Shown: one piece after another, positions 8,243 through 18,263 of the stretch
Layout: every line of letters begins with the position of its first letter
Numbering within the stretch: the stretch's first letter is position 1
Origin: an uncultured Chloroflexia bacterium
GTDB lineage: Bacteria; Chloroflexota; Limnocylindria; Limnocylindrales; CSP1-4
Assembly: GCA_963707215.1 (NCBI GenBank)
Contig: CAVPPB010000003.1
Span: 960,001 to 1,024,000 of the forward strand
Reading direction: 5' to 3'
DNA length: 64,000 nt
The notes under the pieces: generated by a model
Told to the model about the DNA's origin: nothing
The model's database searches: none
Seen by the model: only the letters and a program-made list of their open reading frames with translations
Made by a program: the position numbers and the translations under genes

Positions 8243-10237
8243 TCAGCCACCGACCCGCGCACCCTTGGCCGCCACCCAGGCCAGCAGCTCGTCACGCGGG
8301 CGGGCGTTGAGAACGACGCCAGGCTCGATCCAGGCCCGTCGAGCCTGCTCGGTCCCCCACCGCAGGTGCTCGAACTCCTCGACCCGGTGCGCATCCGAGT
8401 CGATGGCCACGAGGCATCCGAGCTCGACCGCCCGGCGGGCCCGCTCGGGAGCGAGGTCCAGGCGCGGTGGCGAGCCGTTGATCTCCAGGGCCGTGCCCGC
8501 CTGGGCGGCCGCCTGGTAGATCGCCTCCCACTCGAGATCGAGGTCATCACGCTCGCCGATCATCCGGCCGGCAGGGTGCGCGATGACGTCGACGTGCGGC
8601 GAGCGGATGGCCGCGAGAACCCGCTCGGTCAGCCGCTCCCGCGGCTGGCGGCGCCCGACGTGGAGCGAGGCCACGACCACGTCGAAGCTCGCCAGGACGC
8701 CGTCGGGCAGGTCGAGGCTGGCGTCGGCGCGGATCTCGAGCTCGCAGCCGTGGAGCAGGCGGAAGCCGCCGGGGGCGGCGCCGCCCGGTGCCATCCCGGC
8801 TGCCTCTTCGGCCGCGAACCGCTGGTTGAGCGCGTCGACGATCCGGCGCTGCTCGGCGAAGCGGTCCCGATCGAGACCGCGGGCGATCGCCAGGCTGAGC
8901 GTGTGGTCGGTCAGAACGAGGTACTCGAGGCCACGCTGGCGGGCCGCCTCGGCCATCGCCTCGATGGGCCGGGTCCCGTCCGACCACTCCGAGTGGCTGT
9001 GCAGGTCCCCACGGAGATCGGCCAGCTCGACGAGGGCCGGAAGGCGATCTTCGGCCGCGGCCTCGACCTCGCCGCGGTCCTCGCGCAGCTCCGGCGGGAT
9101 CCAGGCCAGGTCCAGGAAGGCGTAGGCCTCGGACTCCGTCGCGAAGGTCCGTAGCTCGGCTCCGGGGCCGTCGAGCGGCTCGCCGTCCTCGCCGATCCGC
9201 AGGAAGCCCTTCTCGGACAGGCTCCAGCCGCGGTCGCGGGCCCGGCTGCGCAGGTGGACGTTGTGGGCCCTGCTGCCGGTGAAGTGGATGCGGTACGTCC
9301 CGGCCTCGCCCGGGGGGACGATCATCAGGTCGACCTGGGGGCCCTCCGCCAAGCGCACGGCCGCCTTGTGCGAACCGGCTCCCAGGACCGCGTCGACCCC
9401 GGCCAGCGAGGTGAAGCGCTCCACCAGCGCCGCCGCGTCGGTCGTCTCGGCCAGGAGGTCCAGGTCGCCCACCGACTCCCGCCGGCGACGCAGCGAGCCG
9501 GCCGGCTCGATCCAGGCCACGCCGGGCGTGTCGGCCAGTGCATCCGCCATGCGCGCGGCGGTGGCCTCGGCCCGATCGATGTGCATCCTGGCCTGGCGGG
9601 CCTGCAGGTGCTCGATGCCGTCGAGGATCGACCGCTCCGTCCTTGCGCTGAAGCCGCGCATCTCGCGGATCCGCCCGGACCGGGCGGCTCGGCCGAGGTC
9701 CTCGACGGACTCCACGCCCAGCTCCCGGTAGACGGCCCGGACGGTCTTGGGGCCGACGCCCGGGACGTCGAGCAGCCCGATGAGGGTCGCCGGGAACTCG
9801 GCCCTCAGGCGCTCGTGGTAGCTGAGCCGACCCGTCCGGGCCAGCTCGTCGAGCTTGTCGGCGAGCGCCCTGCCGACCCCGGGGATGGCCGGCGGTCGCC
9901 CCTCGCGGTAGGCCTGCGCGACCGACTCCGGCCAACGGTCGATGGCGTCGGCGGCGCGATGGTAGGCGACGGTCTTGAAGACGACCTCGCCTTTGACCTC
10001 CAGCAGGTCGCCGATCTCGTGGAAGACCCGGGCCAGATCGCCGTTGGAGAGCAGCGGGGCGGCGGGGTCGGGTGGGTCTGGGCGCGGGTCGGGGCCGGTG
10101 GGCGAGGCGGGGCGGCTGGGCGGGGCGGGCTCGGGGGCCGCGCTGGGCTCGGCGGACGGGGCGTCGGGGCCCGCGGGACCCGCGTCGAGGTCGTCGGGAC
10201 CCGCGCCAGGGTCGTCGGGCGGCGATCGCTTCGGCAT
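8243..10237 (-). CDS. polX: DNA polymerase/3'-5' exonuclease PolX (PolXc + PHP)
   Basis: HhH motifs IPGVGRA and VPGVGPKT, AGSLRR, catalytic GDLD...QVDL, HFTGS; PHP motifs DLHSHS, TDH, GCE, AHP, DSDAH. Confidence 0.95.
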   Translation of the reverse strand: MPKRSPPDDPGAGPDDLDAGPAGPDAPSAEPSAAPEPAPPSRPASPTGPDPRPDPPDPAAPLLSNGDLARVFHEIGDLLEVKGEVVFKTVAYHRAADAIDRWPESVAQAYREGRPPAIPGVGRALADKLDELARTGRLSYHERLRAEFPATLIGLLDVPGVGPKTVRAVYRELGVESVEDLGRAARSGRIREMRGFSARTERSILDGIEHLQARQARMHIDRAEATAARMADALADTPGVAWIEPAGSLRRRRESVGDLDLLAETTDAAALVERFTSLAGVDAVLGAGSHKAAVRLAEGPQVDLMIVPPGEAGTYRIHFTGSRAHNVHLRSRARDRGWSLSEKGFLRIGEDGEPLDGPGAELRTFATESEAYAFLDLAWIPPELREDRGEVEAAAEDRLPALVELADLRGDLHSHSEWSDGTRPIEAMAEAARQRGLEYLVLTDHTLSLAIARGLDRDRFAEQRRIVDALNQRFAAEEAAGMAPGGAAPGGFRLLHGCELEIRADASLDLPDGVLASFDVVVASLHVGRRQPRERLTERVLAAIRSPHVDVIAHPAGRMIGERDDLDLEWEAIYQAAAQAGTALEINGSPPRLDLAPERARRAVELGCLVAIDSDAHRVEEFEHLRWGTEQARRAWIEPGVVLNARPRDELLAWVAAKGARVGG

Positions 10238-10334
10238 CGGCCGATGCTAGCGCGCCGGGCCTCCGGGCGACGCCGGGCTTGCTCGTCGCCGCCTCGGCTG
10301 CCGCGGGCCCGCCTCCTCCCTTCGTCCCACCAGC

Positions 10335-10770
10335 GTGGCTGGTGGTATCCGGAACGGAGTCGTGCGGCACCGGTCCCACTGGTGCGATGCAGGATCCGAT
10401 CGGCGCTCCCGCACGCCTCGCGACGCTCTGGACCCGGCCGAGCCGAGATCGTCGGCACAACACCAGGGCCACTGGTGTCCGCCAGGAAGCGGAGCGGCAC
10501 GGACCGAGGCCCGCCGGGCCGGGCCCCACGAGGGAGCCGTGCCGAGCGCCGGTCCGCGCCGCAGGCCGGAGCCACGCCGCACGGTGCTCGCCGCCCCTCC
10601 GGGCGGCCGCCGGGGGCCGCTTGCTGGGCGAGCACTGCGACCGCAGGATCGGCGCCCACGGTCCCGCCTGAGCGTGCATCGCGCCGTTGGGCGAGCGGAG
10701 CGACGGAGATGCGGCGACCGGTCGCTGGGCGAGCCGCGGGTCACCGTCGCCGGCCATCGGCGACCAGCTA
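10335..10770 (+). ncRNA. Candidate large structured ncRNA (or MITE-like palindromic element)
   Basis: Apparently non-coding ~550-bp gap. A 16/17-bp long-range stem (10375-10391 with 10675-10691) encloses at least 6 hairpins; G-U pairs favour the + strand. Confidence 0.4.
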
Positions 10771-10793
10771 CCAAGCCCCGGGCCGACCGACCG

Positions 10794-12245
10794 TCAGGCG
10801 GCGACCACGCGGTCCCGGCCGTCCTTCTTGGCCCGGTAGAGAGCCCGGTCCGCCCGGCCCACGATCTCGTCGATCGGCTCCACCGGGTCGACCTGGACGG
10901 CCGCTCCGACCGAGACCGTGATCCGCGACCCGCGCAGCTCGGCCAGGTCGATGCCCCGGACGCTGGCCCGGATCCGCTCGGCGACGTCGACCGCCACGTC
11001 CGGCGACGGGTTCCGCAGGAGCACGACGAACTCCTCGCCGCCGTAGCGGGCAGGGATGTCCTCGCCGCGGACGGTCGCCGCGATGGCGCTGCCGACGGCG
11101 CGCAGGACCTCGTCGCCGACCGGGTGGCCCAGGCGGTCGTTGAGCTTCTTGAAGTGGTCGATGTCGATCATCAGGACCCCCACCGCGTCCCCGGTGCGCC
11201 GGCGACGGGCGAGAAGCCCACAGAACTCGTCGAAGTAGCCACGGTTGGGCAGCCCTGTCAGGGCGTCGGTCGAGGCGCGGGCCTCGGCGGCCCGCTTCGA
11301 GTCGGCCCGGCCCAGCGCGAGTGATGCCTCCGTGGCCGCATCGGCCAGCAGTCGCCGAGCTGCCGGGGTCCAGTCGGGCGACGCCCGCCGGGAGAGGACC
11401 AGCGCCCCGACGACCCGATCGTCGACGACCAGGGGTGCAGCAAGGACGTGGCGCAGGCCGAACACAGCCCGGACCCGGGTCGCGATCCTGTCGGCGATCC
11501 GGTCGGCCTCGACGAAGTCCACCGGACGGAGCCGTTCCGGGTCCGCCGCGCTCGCAGCCTCCTCGAGCCGGTGGGCCTGGTCGGGGACGGCCCCCGGTGA
11601 CCCTGCCACCGGGATCGGCCCATCCGACGAGTCGCCTGCCGGCTCCGCGTTCGACGCCGATGCGCCGGCGACCCCGTCGCCGACCAGCGCCGGGATCGGC
11701 GCGTCCGGGCCGACCGGGACCGCCATCCTCGTCGGGCCCTCGTCGGCGGGGGGAAGGTCGAGCGGGGCGACGAGATCGCTGATCGGCAGTGTCGTGCGGG
11801 CGTCGCGGACCCCGGCTCGTGCGGCGACGAGCGTCGCCTCGAGACGCGGCGGGTCGTCCCGGCGGCGAACGACCGCGACGTGATCGGCCTCGGCCCCGAG
11901 CGCCAGCTCACCGGCGATCGCCGCGACGATCGCGTCCGGTGAGACCGAGCGGGAGAGGCCGCGGAGGAGCCGCGCGGCGCTCTCCGCCTCCACGCGTCGC
12001 TGGGCTTCGAGGGCGGAGACGGCACGCCACAGGACGGCGGCCGCGACGACGACCGAGAGCAGCAGGGCGAAGGCCCCCCAGTCGAGCGGGCCCGGGTCGC
12101 CGGCGACGAGCCGGGCGCCGAGGACCGTGGCCAGGAGAGCGAGGGAGACGGCGAGGACGCCGCTGGTCCGGCGGATCCACCGGACGTCGGGCTCGCCGGG
12201 GCGATGGGTCGCTCGCTCGCTGTCGGCCACGTCGGGGTCAAGCAT
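10794..12245 (-). CDS. Membrane-anchored GAF-like/GGDEF diguanylate cyclase
   Basis: 2 TM; DALTGLPNR, DIDHFKKLND, I-site RGED, RYGGEEF, ADRALYRAK. Confidence 0.92.
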   Translation of the reverse strand: MLDPDVADSERATHRPGEPDVRWIRRTSGVLAVSLALLATVLGARLVAGDPGPLDWGAFALLLSVVVAAAVLWRAVSALEAQRRVEAESAARLLRGLSRSVSPDAIVAAIAGELALGAEADHVAVVRRRDDPPRLEATLVAARAGVRDARTTLPISDLVAPLDLPPADEGPTRMAVPVGPDAPIPALVGDGVAGASASNAEPAGDSSDGPIPVAGSPGAVPDQAHRLEEAASAADPERLRPVDFVEADRIADRIATRVRAVFGLRHVLAAPLVVDDRVVGALVLSRRASPDWTPAARRLLADAATEASLALGRADSKRAAEARASTDALTGLPNRGYFDEFCGLLARRRRTGDAVGVLMIDIDHFKKLNDRLGHPVGDEVLRAVGSAIAATVRGEDIPARYGGEEFVVLLRNPSPDVAVDVAERIRASVRGIDLAELRGSRITVSVGAAVQVDPVEPIDEIVGRADRALYRAKKDGRDRVVAA

Positions 12246-12361
12246 GGACCGCCGGAGGACGGACCGTCCACCGGCGCCGACCCGTACCTGCGGACCATGG
12301 CGAGGCTGGTACTTCCGTACCGGTGCCGGGCGACCCCCGCCGCGGGAGGGATCGGGGTGGG

Positions 12362-14180
12362 CTAGGCCGGGATCCTTGGAGGCCGCGCCACGGAGGCAAC
12401 GCCCCTGGCGTGCTTCTCGCGGTAGAGGGCGTCGTCGGCCGCGGCGATGAGGGCGGTCGCGACCAGACCGTCGGCGGGATGGGTCGCCGCCCCGATGGAG
12501 ATCCCGATCGGGACCGAGCCACGACCATCAGCCTGGAAGGAGGCCGCACCGAAGGCGTCCCGGATCCTGGTCGCCACGGCCAGGGATTCCTCGGATCCCG
12601 CGCCGGGGAGGATCACGGCGAACTCGTCGCCGCCGTAGCGGGCAGGGACGTCGCTGGCCCGGAGTGATGATCGGATCAGCTCGGCGGTCCAGACCAGCAC
12701 CCGATCGCCCAGGAGGTGGCCGAACGTGTCGTTGACGACCTTGAAGTCGTCCATGTCGAGCATCAGCAGACCGACCGAGGCGCGTCCCCGGCTGGCTCGC
12801 AGGATCTCCTCGCCCAGGCGCTCGTGGAAGGCCCGGTGGTTGAGGAAGCCGGTCAGCGGGTCGTGGTCGGCCGCCGCCCGAGCATCCTCGTAGAGGCGGG
12901 CGTTCTCGAGCGCCATCGCCGCCTCGCTGGACATCGCCACGGCGAGCTCCGCCAGCGAAGCGCTCGGCTCGAACGGACCGGTGAAGTAGAGCTCGGCGAT
13001 GCCGATCGACGCGCCCTTTGCGACGAGCGGCAGGAGGTAGAGGGTGTCCAGGCCGTATTGTCGCAGGTAGGCCACCTCGGCCGGATCGGCCGTCGGGTCC
13101 TCGATCCGGATCAGGAGCGGGACGCTGGTCCCGGAGGGCCTCCTGGGTGGCCGGGAAGGCGTCGAGCGGATACTCGTCGGCGACGGCCCCGGGGGCCTGG
13201 GGCGGCCAGTAGCCCGTCGTCAGGATCCGATCGCCCGCCCGGTCGATGTAGCTGACCGCGCACTCCTGGGCGCCGATCGCGTCCATGAGATGGCGGGCCA
13301 TGAGGAGCGAGACCTGCCGCGAGTCGAGGCTGCGCGACAGGGCGCCACTCATGTCGAGGAGGCGGCGGAGGTCCGCAGTGAGCGCCTCGCTGCGGCCCAG
13401 GAGGCGGGCCGTCTCCACCGCGGTCGCGGCGTGGTCGGCCAGGATCGAGAGGAGTCGGAGGTCGTCGGCCGAGAACTGGCGCAGGCCGAGCTTGCTGAGG
13501 GCGATGACCCCGACCGTCCGCTGGTCGTGACGCATCGGGACGACCAGCATCGACTCGTCGATCTCGTCGGTCCCGGGGATCGTCTGCCCGCGTGGGTCAC
13601 GGTCCGCGTCGTCGATCCGGAGCGGCACGCCATGCTGGGCCACCCAGCCGGTGAAGCCCTCGCCGAGGCGGCAGCGGAGGACGTCGGGATCCACGATGTC
13701 GTACTCCCCCACCCGACCCTCGAAGGCGATCGGCACGACCTCGTCGCCCTCCAGCACGTAGACCCGGGCGTTGTGGTATTCGATGATCCGGCCGATCTCC
13801 TCGACGATGGCCCGTCCGACGGCCTGGACGTCCGCGGCCCGGTTCATCCGCGCCGCCGCCGACCGGAGGACCTCCAGGTGAGCGCTCTGCTCGCGGACCC
13901 GCCGGGTCGCGATCCGGGCCGCCAGGACCACCAGGCCGGCGACGGCGAGCGGCAGGGTCCAGGCCCACTCCGGGTCGTAGCTCGGCAGCGTCGCGACGGC
14001 CCAGGCACCGATGCCGAGGCCGGCCAGCCCCGAGCCGATGAGGATCCAGGGGTCGACCACCCAGCGCACGGCCCGCGCCGGGCGCGACGTGCCGAGCTCG
14101 GCCCGGACGCGGTCCAGCCGAGCGTCGATGGCCACCTCCGGTCGCCGCTCGGCGACCGAGCCTTCGGCCTGCGCGCTCAT
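12362..14180 (-). CDS. 2TM-GAF-GAF-GGDEF diguanylate cyclase, split by a 1-nt frameshift near 13118-13120
   Basis: N-terminal part in ORF 12528..14519 (ATG 14180, GAF domains); C-terminal part in ORF 12362..13075 (DPLTG, DMDDFK, RASD, RYGGDEF). Removing one base of the G run gives ...QRPLLIRIEDPTADPAEVAYL... Confidence 0.85.
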
Positions 14181-14341
14181 GAGGGCATGGTGCTCGTGGC
14201 GGTCCTGCCGCGCGCTCACCCGAGGGTACGGGTGCGGTGGCCCGTGGGTACCGCAGGAGGAGGCTCGATGGCGGACCCTCCTGCCTTGCGCTCGGCCTCG
14301 GATCGTCGCGCACCGTCGAAGGACATCCGTCGCGTCGGTGC

Positions 14342-14347
14342 TAGACT
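14342..14347 (+). promoter_or_regulatory. Putative -10 box (TGc-TAGACT) for the sqdB/glycan operon
   Basis: GTGCTAGACT about 115 nt upstream of the sqdB start; the same hexamer precedes other genes in this window. Confidence 0.5.
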
Positions 14348-14460
14348 CTCGCCGGGTCGCAGGGGTGCAGTGGAGCCGCAAGGGTGCTCCAGGCGCGAGG
14401 CGGATCGCTTTGGCGCGCACGTCCGACTTCGACCGCAGGCACATCCAAGAAGGGGGCACG

Positions 14461-15645
14461 GTGGGACTTCGGATCCTGATCCTCGGCGGTGACGGGTACC
14501 TCGGCTGGCCGACGGCCATGGCCTTCTCGCGCCAGGGTCATCGGGTGGCCGTCGTTGACAACTTCGCGAAGCGCCAGTGGGAGCTCGAGCTGGGAGTCCG
14601 GCCCCTGTTTCCGATCCCGACCCTGCACGAGCGGGCCCGAGCGTGGCGTGAGGTGACCGAGAACGAGATCGAGGTCCACGTGGGCGACCTCGTCGACTAC
14701 GAGTTCGTCGACTCGCTGCTCGCCGACTTCCAGCCCGACGCGATCGTCCACTACGGACAGCAGCCGTCGGCCCCCTACTCGATGATCGACGTCAAGCACG
14801 CCACGTACACCCAGCGCAACAACGTCGTCGGCAACCTCAACCTCATCTTCGCGATCCGCGACCGGGCGATCGACACCCACCTGGTCAAGCTGGGCACGAT
14901 GGGTGAGTACGGCCAGCCGAACATCGACATCGAAGAGGGGTACCTGAGCGTCACCCACAACGGCCGATCCGAGACGTTCCTCTATCCGAAGCGGCCCGGC
15001 TCCTGGTACCACCTCTCGAAGGTCCACGACAGCCACAACATGGACTTCGCCTGTCGCATCTGGGGTCTCCGGGCGACCGACCTTCACCAGGGCGTCGTCT
15101 ACGGCGTCGAGACGGACGAATCGGCGCTCGACCCACGCCTGGCCACCTCGTTCCACTACGACGAAGTCTTCGGCACGGCCCTCAACCGCTTCTGCGTCCA
15201 GGCAGCGATCGGCCACCCGCTGACCGTCTACGGCAAGGGCGGCCAGACCCGCGGGTACCTCAACATCCGCGACACCATCGCCTGCGTCGGCATCGCCGTG
15301 GCCAACCCGGCCGAGCGCGGCGAGCTACGCGTGTTCAACCAGTTCACCGAGCAGTTCAGCGTGATGGAGCTGGCCGAGCGGGTGACGGCCGCGGCGGAAC
15401 ACCTTGGCTGGACGGTCACCGTCGAGCACACCCGGAACCCCCGGAAGGAGCTCGAGGAGCACTACTACAACGCCAAGCACTCCAAGCTCATCGAGCTGGG
15501 GCTGCAGCCGCGCCTCCTGAACGAGGAGTTGATCGACACGATGCTCTTCAGGATCAAGGCGCACGAGGACCGCGTCGACCGGTCGACCCTGATCCAGGAC
15601 GTCCGATGGGTGCCGGCATCCCTGGAGCAGGCGGCGGCCCGCTGA
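14461..15645 (+). CDS. sqdB: UDP-sulfoquinovose synthase (SqdB/SQD1/Agl3 family)
   Basis: GGDGYLGWPTA, QPSAPYSMID, HLVKLGTMGEYG, YHLSKVHDSHN, TDLHQGVVYG, FGTALNRFCVQ, PLTVYGKGGQTRG; GTG start with AAGGGGG RBS. Confidence 0.92.
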   Translation: MGLRILILGGDGYLGWPTAMAFSRQGHRVAVVDNFAKRQWELELGVRPLFPIPTLHERARAWREVTENEIEVHVGDLVDYEFVDSLLADFQPDAIVHYGQQPSAPYSMIDVKHATYTQRNNVVGNLNLIFAIRDRAIDTHLVKLGTMGEYGQPNIDIEEGYLSVTHNGRSETFLYPKRPGSWYHLSKVHDSHNMDFACRIWGLRATDLHQGVVYGVETDESALDPRLATSFHYDEVFGTALNRFCVQAAIGHPLTVYGKGGQTRGYLNIRDTIACVGIAVANPAERGELRVFNQFTEQFSVMELAERVTAAAEHLGWTVTVEHTRNPRKELEEHYYNAKHSKLIELGLQPRLLNEELIDTMLFRIKAHEDRVDRSTLIQDVRWVPASLEQAAAR

Positions 15646-15676
15646 GCTCGGCCGGGCCGAAGTCGTGGCGGCCATC

Positions 15677-16654
15677 ATGAGCCGCCTCGTCCTCATCAGC
15701 GGGGGCGCCGGGTTCATCGGTTCCGCCCTTGCCCGGCGGCTCGTTGCCGGCGGCGACCGCGTCCGGGTCATCGACGACCTGTCGATCGGCAGCGCCCGGT
15801 ACCTCGACGAGGTACCTCACGAGATGGTTCCGGCCTCACTTTCCGACCCGGCGGCCGTGAGCGCGGCCGTCCTGGGTGTCGATGCCGTGGTCCACCTGGC
15901 GGCTCGGGCGGGGATCCCGGATTCGGTCACCGACCCGCTGGGGACCCTTGACGCGAACGTCACCCAGACCGTCGGGCTGCTGGATTCGGCACGGCTGGCA
16001 GGAGTTGCGCGCTTCGTCTTCGCCTCGTCCAACGCCGCCGCCGGCGATCATGAGCCGCCGGCCGACGAGACCGATCTGCCACACCCGGTATCGCCCTACG
16101 GCGCCTCCAAGCTGGCCGGTGAGGCCTATTGCCAGGCCTATGCCGCGACGTACGGGATGGCTGCCTGCGCGCTGCGCTTCTCCAATGCCTACGGGCCACG
16201 GTCACTGCACAAGAGGAGCGTGGTCGCGAGCTGGCTCCGAGCCGCCATGGCGAGCGAGCCGATCCGAATCCACGGCGACGGCGACCAGACCCGCGACTTC
16301 GTCTACGTCGGCGACCTCGCGGCGGCCGTCTGCGCTGCCCTGGACGCGCCCCACGAGTCCGTCGCGGGGGAGCTCTTCCAGGCCGGCACCGGTCGCGAGA
16401 CGACGATCAACGAGCTGGCGTCGGCGATCGGTCGAGCCATCGGCCGACGGCCGACCATCGTCCACGGACCGGCTCGAGACGGCGACGTACGGCGGAACGT
16501 CAGCCGGGTCGACAAGGCCGCGCGGGTGCTCGGCTACCGAGCCGCGATGCCCCTGGACGAGGGCCTGGCGGAGACCGCCCGGTGGTTCCGGGAAGCGGTC
16601 CTGGACCCGGAGCTGGCGGCGATCAGGCCGCACGCCGCGTCGGGATCGGAGTAG
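15677..16654 (+). CDS. NAD-dependent nucleotide-sugar epimerase/dehydratase (extended SDR)
   Basis: SGGAGFIGS, VVHLAA, YGASK, GDGDQTRDFVYV. Confidence 0.9.
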   Translation: MSRLVLISGGAGFIGSALARRLVAGGDRVRVIDDLSIGSARYLDEVPHEMVPASLSDPAAVSAAVLGVDAVVHLAARAGIPDSVTDPLGTLDANVTQTVGLLDSARLAGVARFVFASSNAAAGDHEPPADETDLPHPVSPYGASKLAGEAYCQAYAATYGMAACALRFSNAYGPRSLHKRSVVASWLRAAMASEPIRIHGDGDQTRDFVYVGDLAAAVCAALDAPHESVAGELFQAGTGRETTINELASAIGRAIGRRPTIVHGPARDGDVRRNVSRVDKAARVLGYRAAMPLDEGLAETARWFREAVLDPELAAIRPHAASGSE

Positions 16655-16665
16655 GCGGCGTCGCC

Positions 16666-18159
16666 GTGACCTCGAACCGGCTCGAGCCAGCGCCTGTCGA
16701 GGCCGGCGCATCCGGCTCCGGGGGGCCGTCAGCGCCACCGCAGCGCTCCGGGCTAGCTCGTGACGCCGCGATAACGATCTTGACCCGGTTCGGGCTCGCC
16801 GTGCTGATCTTCGGCACCGACATCGCCCTCGCGAGGCTCCTGGGGCCCGCCGCCAAGGGCCGGTTCACGCTGGTGCTCCTCTACTCGCAGCTTGCCGCCC
16901 TGATCCTCGGCTGGGGCACCGACCAGGCCCTCGCCATCGTCGCCGGCCGCGATCGTCCTTCCGCTCGCCACGGCATCGCCAACGCCCTCGTCTGGACCGC
17001 CATCGTGGGCGGCTTCGGGGTGGTGCTGTCCGCCTGGCTGTACGGACTCGGGCATCCGGGACCGCCGGACGGACCGCTCGTGCCGCTGCTGCCGAACCTC
17101 TCGGCCCGACAGTTCATCTACGCGGCAGTGGCCATCCCCGGGGAGCTCTTCTTTGCCCTCGGCCTGATGGCGCTCGTCGGGCGCCGGCGCATCCTCGGCT
17201 ACTCGCTGATCCGCCTCCTTCGCCGCGGCATCCTGCTCATCCTGATCCTCTCGGTAGCCGCCCTTGCTCGACTGAGCCTTGACGTCGTCCTGGTCCTGAA
17301 CCTCGCGGCCCTGGGTGTGACCGGGCTGGCCATCCTCTGGGTCGCTCGGCACGACGGGATCCTGGGTCTGCGCCCGTCGGTGCGCCTTCTCGCGGAGGAG
17401 CTACGGTTCGGTACGCGGGCCCTGCCCGGCACACTCGCCGAGCGACTCCAGTTCAGGGCGGACACATTCCTCGTGAACGCGTTCCTCGGCGTGCGAGCGA
17501 CCGGCATCTACTCCGTCACCAGCGGGCTCGCCGAGACCCTCTGGTACGTCCCGAATGCCCTCGGGGTCGTCATGTTCAGCCGGGCGGTCGACCCCCGGGC
17601 GGATGCGGGCGGGGTCGCCGCCGTCCTGACCCGGACCACTGTCGCCGTCACCACGATGGCAGCCATCCCGGTGTTCGTCCTGGGTCCGTATCTCGTCCGC
17701 TTCGTCTACGGCTCGCAGTTCGTCGACGCCGGCGTGGCGCTCCGCTTCGTCCTGCCGGGAGTCGTCGCCTATTCGGCGGTCGCGGTGCTCACCCGCTACA
17801 TCACCGGGCAGGGCCGACCCGGCACGACCACGATGATCATGCTGACCGGCCTGCTCACCAACATCGTCGCCAACCTGGTCCTGATCCCGGTCTACGGTAT
17901 CAACGGCGCAGCGGCCGCGTCGTCGATCTCGTACGGGCTCACGGCGCTGCTGACGCTGACTGTGTTCGTGGGGCTTTCCGGGCGCGGGGTGGTCGAGACG
18001 CTCGTCGTCCGGCCGGCCGACGTCCTCGCGGCTCGAGAGGCCGCTCGCACGCTCGCCCACCGGCGATCGGGTGGACGTGAACGGCTGGAGCTGACGCTGG
18101 ACGACGACCGCGCTGCAGAGCTCGTCATCGACGAGCGAGATCCCGGAGAGGAACCCTGA
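16666..18159 (+). CDS. Wzx-type polysaccharide flippase
   Basis: About 12 TM; ARLLGPAAKG, RADTFLV, TGIYSV, LIPVYGINGAAAAS. Confidence 0.85.
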   Translation: MTSNRLEPAPVEAGASGSGGPSAPPQRSGLARDAAITILTRFGLAVLIFGTDIALARLLGPAAKGRFTLVLLYSQLAALILGWGTDQALAIVAGRDRPSARHGIANALVWTAIVGGFGVVLSAWLYGLGHPGPPDGPLVPLLPNLSARQFIYAAVAIPGELFFALGLMALVGRRRILGYSLIRLLRRGILLILILSVAALARLSLDVVLVLNLAALGVTGLAILWVARHDGILGLRPSVRLLAEELRFGTRALPGTLAERLQFRADTFLVNAFLGVRATGIYSVTSGLAETLWYVPNALGVVMFSRAVDPRADAGGVAAVLTRTTVAVTTMAAIPVFVLGPYLVRFVYGSQFVDAGVALRFVLPGVVAYSAVAVLTRYITGQGRPGTTTMIMLTGLLTNIVANLVLIPVYGINGAAAASSISYGLTALLTLTVFVGLSGRGVVETLVVRPADVLAAREAARTLAHRRSGGRERLELTLDDDRAAELVIDERDPGEEP

Positions 18160-18263
18160 CCCGACGCCGGCCAGCGTTCGACCCCGGACCGGCGAGCCAG
18201 GGGGACACGGGACTCACGGGTGATGAGACCGGTCGTCCGGCGCACCGATACTGGATCGAGCGC

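Noticed and set aside
10247-10774. 175-aa minus-strand ORF in the polX-DGC gap
   Set aside because: Arg/Gly/Ala-rich translation without host codon pattern or recognisable domain.
10250-10790. RNase P, tmRNA, SRP, OLE or group I intron identity for the structured gap
   Set aside because: I found no GAGGAAAGTCC, no tRNA-like tmRNA ends, no SRP GNRA/AGCAG domain and no intron core motifs on either strand; it is kept only as an unassigned candidate.
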